DNA from: an uncultured delta proteobacterium
Lineage (GTDB): Bacteria > Desulfobacterota > Binatia > DP-6
Length of the DNA: 64,000 nucleotides
NCBI GenBank assembly: GCA_963815115.1
Contig: CAWFFN010000012.1
Coordinates: 1-64,000 of the forward strand
Direction: 5' to 3'
Position 1 is the stretch's first letter, and every line of letters starts with the position of its first letter. A program made the position numbers and the translations under genes. This document shows, one piece after another, positions 52,235 through 61,345 of this stretch. Under the pieces are notes generated by a model. The model saw only the letters and a list, made by a program, of their open reading frames with translations. It did not search any database and was not told the origin of the DNA.

Positions 52235-53376
52235 CCGCCGTGCCGCCGGTCGCGTTCGGCGCGGATGGCTGCCACCTCCTCGGTGAGATCGATGCCCACG
52301 GGGCACCAGGTGATGCAGCGGCCACAGCCGACGCACCCGGAGGTGCCGAACTGGTCGATCCACGAGGCGAGCTTGTGCGTCAGCCACTGGCGGTAGCGGT
52401 CGTGGATGCGCGGGCGGAAATTCTTGCCGTGGATGTGGGAGTGCTCCAGGGAGAAGCACGAGTCCCACTGGCGAACCCGCTGGCTCATGTTGCCGTCGAG
52501 CTCGGTCTGATCGACCACCGTGTGACAGAAGCAGGTGGGACAGACCATGGTGCAGTTCGTGCAGGAGAGGCAGCGCTGGGCGACGTGGTCCCAGCGCGGG
52601 CTCTCGGCCTCGTCGTAGAGCAGCCCGGGAAGGTCCGAGGTGTCGAGGCGACGCTGCATGCTCGCGGCGCAGCTCGCGATGCGCGCCCTTGCCTCGGCGG
52701 CCTCGGCCGCGGCCGGCGTCTCGGGCACGAGGGCTGCAAGGATCGCGTCGCCTGCCGGCGACCCGCTCTCGACCAGGAACGCGTCCTCCAGCTCGGTCAG
52801 CGCGAGGTCATGGCCGCGGGTGGCCTCGGGGCCGGTGCCCATCGACGTGCAGAAGCAGGTCGCCGCCGCGCGCGTGCAGTTGACGGCGATCAGCACGACG
52901 TGCTCCCGGCGGGCGGCGTAGTGGGCGTCGCGGACGCGATCGTGCAGGAAGATGCGGTCCTGGACGGCCAGCGCCGCGAGATCGCACGCTCGCACCCCGA
53001 TGAAGGCCAGCGGCGCGGGAGAGGGCATCACCTCGTCGACGACGAAACCGCGCCGCTGCTTGCGCACCTCGAGCAGCGGCTCCTCCGGCGCGAAGAACGA
53101 CGGCTTCAGCGACCCGGGCCCGTTGACGACGCCGAAGACCTCGCCCGCGACGCCCGCCACCAGCCGGTAGCGGCCCGGTTGCTGCTGCTCACGCAGCCCG
53201 ACCGGCAGGTCCGCCACCTTGCGGACCTCGTCGAAGACGACGCCGCCGTCGCGGGGCACCGGACCGAGGACGCGGAAGCCTCGTTCCCAGAGGTGCTCGA
53301 TCAGGTCCTCGAGCCGCGCTTTCGCCAGCCGCCACACCGTCCGGGATCGATCGTCGTTCTCGGTGGGGGAATTCAT
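52231..53376 (-). CDS. hyhB: Group 3b hydrogenase beta subunit (4Fe-4S dicluster)
   Basis: GVRACD, CFCTSM, CLSCTNCTMVCPTCFC, CVGCGRCITWCP. Confidence 0.95.
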   Translation of the reverse strand: MNSPTENDDRSRTVWRLAKARLEDLIEHLWERGFRVLGPVPRDGGVVFDEVRKVADLPVGLREQQQPGRYRLVAGVAGEVFGVVNGPGSLKPSFFAPEEPLLEVRKQRRGFVVDEVMPSPAPLAFIGVRACDLAALAVQDRIFLHDRVRDAHYAARREHVVLIAVNCTRAAATCFCTSMGTGPEATRGHDLALTELEDAFLVESGSPAGDAILAALVPETPAAAEAAEARARIASCAASMQRRLDTSDLPGLLYDEAESPRWDHVAQRCLSCTNCTMVCPTCFCHTVVDQTELDGNMSQRVRQWDSCFSLEHSHIHGKNFRPRIHDRYRQWLTHKLASWIDQFGTSGCVGCGRCITWCPVGIDLTEEVAAIRAERDRRHGG

Positions 53377-53523
53377 GGTGGCCCGCGTCGGCGCACTCTA
53401 TACCATATACCATTCGCGAATCGTCTCGAACACGAAGAGAGCCCGTGTGGTGTGGCCGTCGGCTGCCCTCCTTGACCCGACTCGGACCGTACGGGGATAA
53501 GCTCACGGAGTGGTACGGCATAG

Positions 53524-56217
53524 ATGATGGAGAGTCGCGCCGCAGCTTCCTATTCCGCCATGGCCGTCCTTCGCGACGGCGGCTCGATCTTCATTCGCGA
53601 TCTCCGGCCGGATGACAAGGCGCGACTCCTGGCTCATTTTCAGGGGCTCAGCCCGGAGGCGCGCTATCTTCGCTTCCATGCCGTGAAGAAATCGCTCAGC
53701 GTTGGCGAGCTGCGCGAGTTCACCGAGCTCGACTTTCCGTGTCGGGCGGCGCTGGTCGCGACCCTCAGCCACGACGGCGACGAGCGCATCATCGGCGTCG
53801 CGCGCTATACGGTGGACCCGGAGGCACCCGAGCGCGCCGAGGTCGGCTTCGCGGTACTCGACGAGCACCAGGGGCGCGGCGTCGGCACGGTTCTCCTCGA
53901 GCATCTGGCGACCATCGCCCGCGCGAACGGCATCACGGAGTTCGAGGCCTACGTGCTGGGAGAGAACAACCGGATGCTGCACGTCTTCGCCGACAGCGGC
54001 TTCACGGCGAAGCGCTCGCTCGAGGGGGGCGTGTTCCGGGTCGCGTTTTCCACCGAGGCGACGACGGCCTACGTGGAGGCGCACGACCGGCGCGACCGGC
54101 ACGCAGCGGCGGAAAGCCTCCGCTTCGTGCTCGAGCCGCGTGCGGTCGCCGTCATCGGAGCCTCGCGGGAGCCCGGCTCGATCGGTTCGGCACTGGTCGA
54201 GAATCTCGCGCGCTGCGGCTTCCGGGGGCCGATCTATCCGGTCAACCCGGCGGCGCGGGAGATCGCGGGCCTGCCGGCGTACCCCAGCGTGGGCGCGATC
54301 GGGAAGCCAGTGGATCTCGCGGTGATCGCGGTTCCCGCCGTGCGCGTCGAGGAGGTCGTCGCGGAGTGCGCGTGCGCCGGGGTGCACGCCGTGGTGGTGA
54401 TCTCGGCGGGGTTCGCGGAGGTGGTCGGCTCGGGACGCGCGGCGGAGGCGCGGCTGGTCGCCCTCGCCCGCGGCTCGGGCATGCGGATGGTGGGCCCCAA
54501 CTGCATGGGCGTGCTGAACACCGATCCCGCCGTGTCGTTGAATGCCACGTTCGCGGCCACCTGGCCGCCCGCGGGCAACATCGGGATGTTCACGCAGAGC
54601 GGTGCGCTCGGCCTGGCGATCCTCGACTACGTTCGCGCGCTCAACGTCGGCATGTCGAGCTTCGTCTCCGCCGGCAACAAGGCCGACGTGTCGGGTAACG
54701 ACCTCCTGTCGTACTGGGCCGAGGATCCACGGACCCGCGTGATCGTCCTCTACCTCGAGAGCTTCGGGAACCCGCGGAAGTTCGCCCGTGTGGCCCCGGC
54801 GGTCGCCCGCGAGAAGCCGATCGTCGTCGTCAAGTCGGGCCGCTCCGCGGCGGGATCCCGGGCCGCGTCCAGTCACTCGGCCGCGCTGGCGAGCCTCGAC
54901 GTCGCGGTCGATGCGCTCTTCGAGCAGGCCGGCGTCATCCGCACCACCACCCTCGAGGAGCTCTTCGACGTCGCGGTCCTGCTGTCCACCCAGCCGGTGC
55001 CCGCCGGGCCCAAGGTCGGGATCGTCACCAACGGCGGTGGCGCCGGCATCCTGCTCGCGGATGCATGTGCCGCCCACGGCCTCGGCGTCCCGTCCCTCGC
55101 CGACCCGACCACCGCCGCGCTGCGCAGCTTCCTGCCGCCGGCGGCCGCCGTGGGCAATCCGGTCGACATGATCGCGTCGGCGACGCCCGAGCAGTTCGCG
55201 CGCGCCATCGAGATCCTCGGCGCCGATCCCGCGGTGGACGCCCTGGTCGTGATCTACGTCCCCCCCAACGTGACGGACCCGGAGCAGATCGCGGCGGCCA
55301 TCGCGCGCGGCGCCGGGACGATCCCGTCGCACAAGCCGGTTCTCACCGTCTTCATGTCCGCCCGCGGCGCGCCCGCGCTCCTCGGCTCGGGTCCGCGCGG
55401 CCCGCTGCCCTCCTACACCTTCCCGGAGAACGCGGCGCAGGCGCTCGCCGCCGCGGAACGCTACGGCCGCTGGCGCGACCGCCCCCGGGGAAGCGCGCTC
55501 AGCCTCGGGCGCTTCGAGCGCGAAGCCGTCCGTGCCGTCGTCGACCGCGTCCTCGCCAAGGCGGCCGGGCCGGTGTGGCTGGAACCGGACGACCTGTGGA
55601 CGATGCTGCGCGCGGCGGGCATCGAGTTCGCGGCCAGCGAGCTCGCCCGACCCGACGAGGCAGCGGCGACCGCGGAGCGCCTGGGCTACCCGCTGGTCGC
55701 CAAGGCGGTCGCGCCCGGACTCGTCCACAAGAGCGACGTCGGTGGCGTGATCCTCGGCCTCGACTCGGCTGCTGCGGTGGAAGCCGCGGTCCAGACGCTC
55801 GCTGCCCGGCTCGACGCGGTCGACCTCGCGCTCGAGCGCGTGCTCCTCCAGCGCCAGGTCGAGGAGGGGATCGAGGCACTCGTCGGCGTCACGACCGACC
55901 CGACCTTCGGCCCGCTGCTCGTGTGCGGCCTTGGCGGCGTGCTGGTCGAGCTCCTCCACGACGTCGTCTATCACCTGACGCCGGTGACGGACGTCGATGC
56001 CACCGCCATGATCGCCAGGCTGCGCGCGGCCCGGCTCCTCGATGGCTATCGCGGCCAGCCACCCGGCGACCGCGAGGCGCTCGCACTCGTCATCCAGCGG
56101 GTCTCCGCGCTGGTCGAGGCGGTCCCCGAGATCCGCGAGCTCGACCTGAACCCCGTGAAGGTGCTCCCGCCCGGTCGCGGGGCGATCGTCGTCGACGGGC
56201 GGATGCGCCTCGGGTGA
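53524..56217 (+). CDS. GNAT + NDP-forming acyl-CoA synthetase-like protein (Pat-type protein acetyltransferase)
   Basis: N-terminal GNAT (HQGRGVGTVLL); CoA-binding VAVIGAS, GPNCMG, GNKADV, LYLES, NPVD; ATP-grasp-like HKSDVGGV, ELDLNP. Confidence 0.93.
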   Translation: MMESRAAASYSAMAVLRDGGSIFIRDLRPDDKARLLAHFQGLSPEARYLRFHAVKKSLSVGELREFTELDFPCRAALVATLSHDGDERIIGVARYTVDPEAPERAEVGFAVLDEHQGRGVGTVLLEHLATIARANGITEFEAYVLGENNRMLHVFADSGFTAKRSLEGGVFRVAFSTEATTAYVEAHDRRDRHAAAESLRFVLEPRAVAVIGASREPGSIGSALVENLARCGFRGPIYPVNPAAREIAGLPAYPSVGAIGKPVDLAVIAVPAVRVEEVVAECACAGVHAVVVISAGFAEVVGSGRAAEARLVALARGSGMRMVGPNCMGVLNTDPAVSLNATFAATWPPAGNIGMFTQSGALGLAILDYVRALNVGMSSFVSAGNKADVSGNDLLSYWAEDPRTRVIVLYLESFGNPRKFARVAPAVAREKPIVVVKSGRSAAGSRAASSHSAALASLDVAVDALFEQAGVIRTTTLEELFDVAVLLSTQPVPAGPKVGIVTNGGGAGILLADACAAHGLGVPSLADPTTAALRSFLPPAAAVGNPVDMIASATPEQFARAIEILGADPAVDALVVIYVPPNVTDPEQIAAAIARGAGTIPSHKPVLTVFMSARGAPALLGSGPRGPLPSYTFPENAAQALAAAERYGRWRDRPRGSALSLGRFEREAVRAVVDRVLAKAAGPVWLEPDDLWTMLRAAGIEFAASELARPDEAAATAERLGYPLVAKAVAPGLVHKSDVGGVILGLDSAAAVEAAVQTLAARLDAVDLALERVLLQRQVEEGIEALVGVTTDPTFGPLLVCGLGGVLVELLHDVVYHLTPVTDVDATAMIARLRAARLLDGYRGQPPGDREALALVIQRVSALVEAVPEIRELDLNPVKVLPPGRGAIVVDGRMRLG

Positions 56218-56220
56218 TCC

Positions 56221-57255
56221 TCACCGGGCGTCGCGCCGTGCCATCAGCTCGAGCAGGTCGACGCAGCGCGTGGCGTACCCCGCCTCGTTGTCGTACCAGC
56301 TCACCACCTTGAAGAAGCGGCGGTTGAGCTGGATGCCCGCAGCGGAGTCGAAGATGCTGCTCCGCCGGTCGCCGACGAAGTCGCTCGACACCACCTGCTC
56401 GTCCGTGTAGCCGAGGATGCCCCGCATCGGCCCCTCGGCCGCTCCCCGCATGGCGGCGTTGATCTCGGCCAGATCGGTGTCGCGCGCGCTCCGGAAGGTG
56501 AGGTCCACGACCGACACGGTCGCCGTCGGAACGCGCAACGCCATGCCCGTCAGACGCCCCTTGAGCGCCGGGATGCACAGCGTGACCGCCTTGGCGGCGC
56601 CGGTGCTCGCCGGGATGATGTTCAGGTAGGCGTTCCGCCCGCCCCGCCAGTCCTTCTTGCTCGGTCCGTCCTGCGTGGGCTGCGTCGGCGTGACTGCGTG
56701 GACCGTCGTCATGAGGCCTTCCTCGAGCCCGACGCTCTCGTGGAGCACCTTTGCCACCGGCGCGAGGCAGTTGGTCGTACAGCTGGCGTTGCTGATGACG
56801 CCGTGCTTCGCAGGGTCGTAGGCGTCGTCGTTGACTCCCAGGCAGACGGTGGGCACCTGGGCCGGGTCGCTCTTGGTGGGCGCCGAGATGACGACCCGCT
56901 TGGCTCCCGCCTTCAGATGGCCGCTCGCCTTCTCGAGATCGGTGAAGAGCCCGGTCGATTCGAGCACGTAGGCCACTCCCTCGCTCTTCCACGGCACCTC
57001 GGCCGGATCTCGAACCGAGAAGACGCGGGTCTTCCGTCCGTCGACCGCGAAGCCGTCACCGGTGACCGTGATCTCCGCCGGCCTGCCGGCGAGTCTGAAC
57101 GGCCCTTGCATGGTGTCGTGGCCCAGCAGGTAGGCCAGGTTGTCTGCGGGGACCAGATCGTTGACCGCCGCGACCTCGAGGCCCCGTTCGCTCGCGATGC
57201 GGTGGACCAGGCGCCCGATGCGCCCGAAGCCGTTGATGCCGATACGGATCGCCAT
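56221..57255 (-). CDS. gap: Type I glyceraldehyde-3-phosphate dehydrogenase
   Basis: [38 protein letters not shown]. Confidence 0.97.
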   Translation of the reverse strand: MAIRIGINGFGRIGRLVHRIASERGLEVAAVNDLVPADNLAYLLGHDTMQGPFRLAGRPAEITVTGDGFAVDGRKTRVFSVRDPAEVPWKSEGVAYVLESTGLFTDLEKASGHLKAGAKRVVISAPTKSDPAQVPTVCLGVNDDAYDPAKHGVISNASCTTNCLAPVAKVLHESVGLEEGLMTTVHAVTPTQPTQDGPSKKDWRGGRNAYLNIIPASTGAAKAVTLCIPALKGRLTGMALRVPTATVSVVDLTFRSARDTDLAEINAAMRGAAEGPMRGILGYTDEQVVSSDFVGDRRSSIFDSAAGIQLNRRFFKVVSWYDNEAGYATRCVDLLELMARRDAR

Positions 57256-57272
57256 GATGCTCTCCTTCCTAC

Positions 57273-57950
57273 CTATGCCGGCGTGGGGGCGCGCAGACCG
57301 CCGGCCGCCTCCCTGCGCGCGAAGAACCACTGCTTCACCACCTCGACCGCGACGAGGTAGACGGCCGTCATCGCCGCGATGATGGCGTAGAGCCCGATGG
57401 GCGGCTGCACGAACCCGAACGCCCGCCCGATCGGCGTGAGCGGCAGAAGCGCCGCGATCGCCACGACCGCGAGCGAGGTCGCCGCCAACCACGGACTCGG
57501 GATGCTCCGCCACGGGCGGCCGCGCGTGCGGATGACGAAGATCACGAGGATCTGGGTCGCCATCGACTCGATGAACCACCCGGTCTGGAACAGCGCCTCG
57601 TGCGCGTGCAGCCAGAGGATCAGGAGGGCGAAGGTCGCGAAGTCGAAGACCGAGCTCACCGGACCGATCGTCCACATGAAGTCGCGCACGAACCGCATGT
57701 CCCACTGCCGCGGGCGGGCGACCTCGCCCTCGTCCACCTGGTCCATGGGGATCGGCACCTCGGAGACGTCGTAGAGCATGTTGTTGAGCAGGATCTGCAC
57801 GGGCAGCATGGGCAGGAAGGGCAGGAAGACCGCGGCGGCGGCCATGCTGAACATGTTCCCGAAGTTGGAGCGCGCGTCGAGATCCGCGAGGGTGCGCCCG
57901 AGCGGCGTGCACCACCAGGCGTCTTCCGGCTCGGGGAGCGCGTCGGCCAT
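57273..57950 (-). pseudogene. mgtA: Mg2+-type P-type ATPase with an in-frame internal deletion (27 N-terminal aa fused to the C-terminal TM domain)
   Basis: [20 protein letters not shown]|[52 protein letters not shown]; TGES and DKTGT motifs absent. Confidence 0.85.
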
Positions 57951-58029
57951 CGCGTCCTCGCCCTGGCCAGCCCCGAGACGGCTCCAGCGGCCCGGCCGGT
58001 GTCGAGGCCGGGTCGCGCTGGCGCCGGCG

Positions 58030-59493
58030 TCAGCCGCCACCTGGCACCGCCGCGCCGGCGGCCGCAGGTTCCGGCGCGTGGCTCGCGGCATCTCGCAGCA
58101 ACGCGAACTCCGCGTCGACCGCGTCCACCAGCTCGTGGAGATCGGGGACGGCATCCCAGTCGGCGTTGAATCCCCACTCCACGCGGCCATCGTAGCTGAA
58201 CAGCGCGACTCCGAGCGCCTGGTTCGGGAAGAGGGGGACCAGGGGATGGCAGGCGACCATGCGCGCGCCCTCGACGTAGACCGGAAACTGCGGACCCGGC
58301 ACGTTCGTGACCACCAGGTTGTAGGGCTGCGCACGCGCCGCAAGCCGGGCGAACTGGGTAAGCAACGTCGTGAAGGTGCGATCGCTCAGCTCCTCCAGCG
58401 TCTGCATCCCGAGTGCCTGCTGCGATTGCTTCGCCGCGCGCGTCTCGGCGACCACGCGCTCCAGCCGCCGGCAGGGGTCGCGCTCGTCGAGCGGCAGGCG
58501 GGTCACCAGCATCGCCACCCGGTTTCCCAGCTCCCGCCGGTCGGCATCGCTACGAACGTTCACGGGCAGCATGGCGCGGAAGTCCATCCCGTCGACGGAG
58601 ATGCCGCGCCGGCGCAGGAAGCGCCGGAGCGCTCCCGACAGGACGGCCAGGACGACGTCGTTCACGGTGCCGCCGAGGCGCGCGCGGATGGCGCGCATCT
58701 CGGCCAGCTCCATGGTGGTCCAGTCGAACCGCCGGTGGGGCCCGATCTCGACGTTGAACGGCGTCGGCGACGAGGCGGAGACGCCGGCGCCGACGGCCTC
58801 GGCGATCGCGGTCAGGGCGCCCGCCGCGCGCGCCAGCGTGGCGCGGGGCGCGCGCACCGTCTCGCTCGTGGTCGCGAGCACGCTCAGCGGGGCCACGCCG
58901 CGATGAGAGAGCTCGTCCATGAGCAGCCGGAAGCCGCCGGGCGCCGGGCGGGGCAGCCAGCGCGGTGGCGGCTCCGCGAGGGCCGGATCGGGCTCGGGGC
59001 TCGGGCGCATGACGGAGGCCATCAGCTCGACGCTGCCCACGCCGTCGATCATGCAGTGGTGCACCTTCGTTATGATGGCGAATCGCCCCTCGTCGAGCCC
59101 CTCGACCACCCACATCTCCCAGAGCGGCTTCCCGCGATCGAGCTGCTGGGACATCAGGCGGCCGGCGAGCCGTTTGAGCTGCCGCTCGTCGCCCGGCCGC
59201 GGCAGATGGGTGTGGCGCACATGGTAGGCGAGGTTGAAGTGGGCGTCATCCACCCACACGGGATGGTCGAACAGCGGCACCCGCGCGATGCGCTGGCGGT
59301 AGCGCGGCATGCGATGGAGCCCGGCCTCCATGAGCCCGCGCACCCGCTCGATCTCGACGCCGCCCTCCCCGGTGCCGAGCGGCCCGGGCTCGAAGATCGC
59401 GACCGAGCCGATGTGCATGTGGCTGCTGGGATCCTCGAGCGCGAGAAAGCTCGCGTCCAGGGCCGAGAGGCGATCTGCATGTGTGTACGGCAT
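58030..59493 (-). CDS. Wax ester synthase/diacylglycerol acyltransferase (WS/DGAT)
   Basis: RLSALDASFL, LDRGKPLWE, HHCMIDG, TVNDVVL, TNVPGP. Confidence 0.96.
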   Translation of the reverse strand: MPYTHADRLSALDASFLALEDPSSHMHIGSVAIFEPGPLGTGEGGVEIERVRGLMEAGLHRMPRYRQRIARVPLFDHPVWVDDAHFNLAYHVRHTHLPRPGDERQLKRLAGRLMSQQLDRGKPLWEMWVVEGLDEGRFAIITKVHHCMIDGVGSVELMASVMRPSPEPDPALAEPPPRWLPRPAPGGFRLLMDELSHRGVAPLSVLATTSETVRAPRATLARAAGALTAIAEAVGAGVSASSPTPFNVEIGPHRRFDWTTMELAEMRAIRARLGGTVNDVVLAVLSGALRRFLRRRGISVDGMDFRAMLPVNVRSDADRRELGNRVAMLVTRLPLDERDPCRRLERVVAETRAAKQSQQALGMQTLEELSDRTFTTLLTQFARLAARAQPYNLVVTNVPGPQFPVYVEGARMVACHPLVPLFPNQALGVALFSYDGRVEWGFNADWDAVPDLHELVDAVDAEFALLRDAASHAPEPAAAGAAVPGGG

Positions 59494-59502
59494 GGGAGGG
59501 AT

Positions 59503-59518
59503 AGCACGCGGCATGCCC
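59503..59518 (-). promoter_or_regulatory. sigma54 -24/-12 promoter
   Basis: GGGCATGCCGCGTGCT; -12 C is 11 nt from ATG 59493. Confidence 0.65.
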
Positions 59519-59614
59519 CCCGGCGGGAGCCCATGGACGAGAATCGACCGCGTGCCCGTTCTCAGTCCTCGGAATGGGATGCCCCGGACGTTCGCAGCGT
59601 CAACGCGGCGGCCA

Positions 59615-59630
59615 TGGCACGGTGCCTGCT
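59615..59630 (+). promoter_or_regulatory. sigma54 -24/-12 promoter
   Basis: TGGCACGGTGCCTGCT, 20 nt from ATG 59649; palindrome TTCTCA-N4-TCGGAA at 59559-59574, midway between the divergent promoters. Confidence 0.75.
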
Positions 59631-59648
59631 CTTCAGGCGCGAGCCGAA

Positions 59649-61325
59649 ATGGCCCTCGATCACGAGACGCTGGACGCGAGCATCGCGGCCCTTCGCGAGT
59701 TCGCGTCGCGCAGGCTCCCTGACGGGATCCTCCTCGATCTCGATGCCCGCGACGAGTTTCCGGGCGATCTGATCCGGGCGATGTACGGTCCGGAGCTGGG
59801 CATCCACCTCTTCTTCATTCCCGAAAACCATCACGGCATGGGGGCCAGCGCGTTCGATCTCTCCCGTATCTGTGAAGAGCTGGCCCGCATCGACCTCGGA
59901 ATCGCGACCGGTGTCCTGGCAACCTTCCTCGGCAGCGAGCCGCTCCGCGTCGGCGGTACGCCGGAGCAGCAGGCCCGCTGGATGACCCGCATCGCCGACG
60001 AGGGCCTGTTGATGGCCTATGCCGCGACCGAGCCGGCGGCGGGCAGCGACCTGGCAGCGCTCCGCAGCACTGCGGCGCGGGTCGAGCGGGACGGCGTCGT
60101 GGTCGGCTACCGGATCACGGGCAGCAAGCAGTGGATCAGCAACGGCGGGGTCGCCGATCTCTACTGCGTCCTCGCCAGCGCGCCTGGCGGTCCGTCATGG
60201 TTCGTGGTCGAGCGCGGTGTCGATGGGCTGGCGCAGGGCAAGCCGGAGGACAAGCACGGCATCCGCGCCAGCAATACCGCCGCGCTCACCTTCGAGGACG
60301 TCTTCGTCGACGCGGACCGGCTGATCGGAGGCGTGGAGGGGCAGGGGCTGCTCCAGGCCCAGGCGGTGTTCGGCTACACCCGGCTGATGGTGGCCGCTTT
60401 CGGACTGGGTGCCGGGTGGGCGGCGCTCGACCGCGCGATTCCCTACTCGACGCAGCGGGTCCAGGCCGGCAGCCCGCTCAGCGAGAAGCAGGGCTATACC
60501 CACAAGCTCATCGTGCCGCACGTGGTCCGCCTGGAGGCGGCACGCGCCTACATCGAGGAGGTCGCCACCCGCCTTGACGCCGGCGGCGGCACGCTCATTA
60601 CAGAGGGTGCCATCGCCAAGTATCTCGCCACCGAGGCCGGTAACGCAGCGGCGGATGCCTCCATCCAGGCGCTCGGCGGCTATGGCTATACCCGCGAGTA
60701 TGTGGTCGAGAAGATCAAGCGCGACGTGCGCATCACCACAATCTACGAAGGCACCTCCGAGATCATGGAGATGACCATCGGCCGCGACCGCTGGCAGGAG
60801 CATCTGAAGACGCGCGGTGAACACTATCATCGCGCGGGCCGCGATCTGGAGGCCCTGCACGGCCGGCAGCCGGCGGTGGGCGCCGGCATGGCGGCGCTCG
60901 CGCTCCACGCCCTCGCCGAGGTCCTCGAGCGGGCGCGGCTGGCCCGCCTCACCCGCCACCAGCACGTCCTGCTGCGCCTGGGCGAGCTCATCGCTCACGC
61001 CGAGTGCTGCGCGAGTGCCGCGGGCCGGGCCGCGGCCGCGGCCGCGGGGACCCTCGACCCCCGTGCGCACGTCCGCTTCGACGCCGCCACGCAGGCCGCG
61101 ATCGCCCGGATCTACGCCCGGGAGACGGCGCTCAGGATCGCGAGCGACGGCCTCCGCCTGGTCTGCGGCGCGAGTCCGAACGGCGCCGCCGAGGCCGGTC
61201 CGCTCGCCGCCGCGCTCCGGCTGCCGACGATCCACGCCGCCCAGGCAGGGCTGCTGGTCGATCTCGGTCTGGTCGCGGATTCGCTCTACGGGCGGGGCGG
61301 CGTGCCGGCCCAGGCAACCGCCTGA
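59649..61325 (+). CDS. Acyl-CoA dehydrogenase with C-terminal extension
   Basis: [50 protein letters not shown]. Confidence 0.93.
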   Translation: MALDHETLDASIAALREFASRRLPDGILLDLDARDEFPGDLIRAMYGPELGIHLFFIPENHHGMGASAFDLSRICEELARIDLGIATGVLATFLGSEPLRVGGTPEQQARWMTRIADEGLLMAYAATEPAAGSDLAALRSTAARVERDGVVVGYRITGSKQWISNGGVADLYCVLASAPGGPSWFVVERGVDGLAQGKPEDKHGIRASNTAALTFEDVFVDADRLIGGVEGQGLLQAQAVFGYTRLMVAAFGLGAGWAALDRAIPYSTQRVQAGSPLSEKQGYTHKLIVPHVVRLEAARAYIEEVATRLDAGGGTLITEGAIAKYLATEAGNAAADASIQALGGYGYTREYVVEKIKRDVRITTIYEGTSEIMEMTIGRDRWQEHLKTRGEHYHRAGRDLEALHGRQPAVGAGMAALALHALAEVLERARLARLTRHQHVLLRLGELIAHAECCASAAGRAAAAAAGTLDPRAHVRFDAATQAAIARIYARETALRIASDGLRLVCGASPNGAAEAGPLAAALRLPTIHAAQAGLLVDLGLVADSLYGRGGVPAQATA

Positions 61326-61345
61326 CGGAAAGGCGGGGAGGATCG

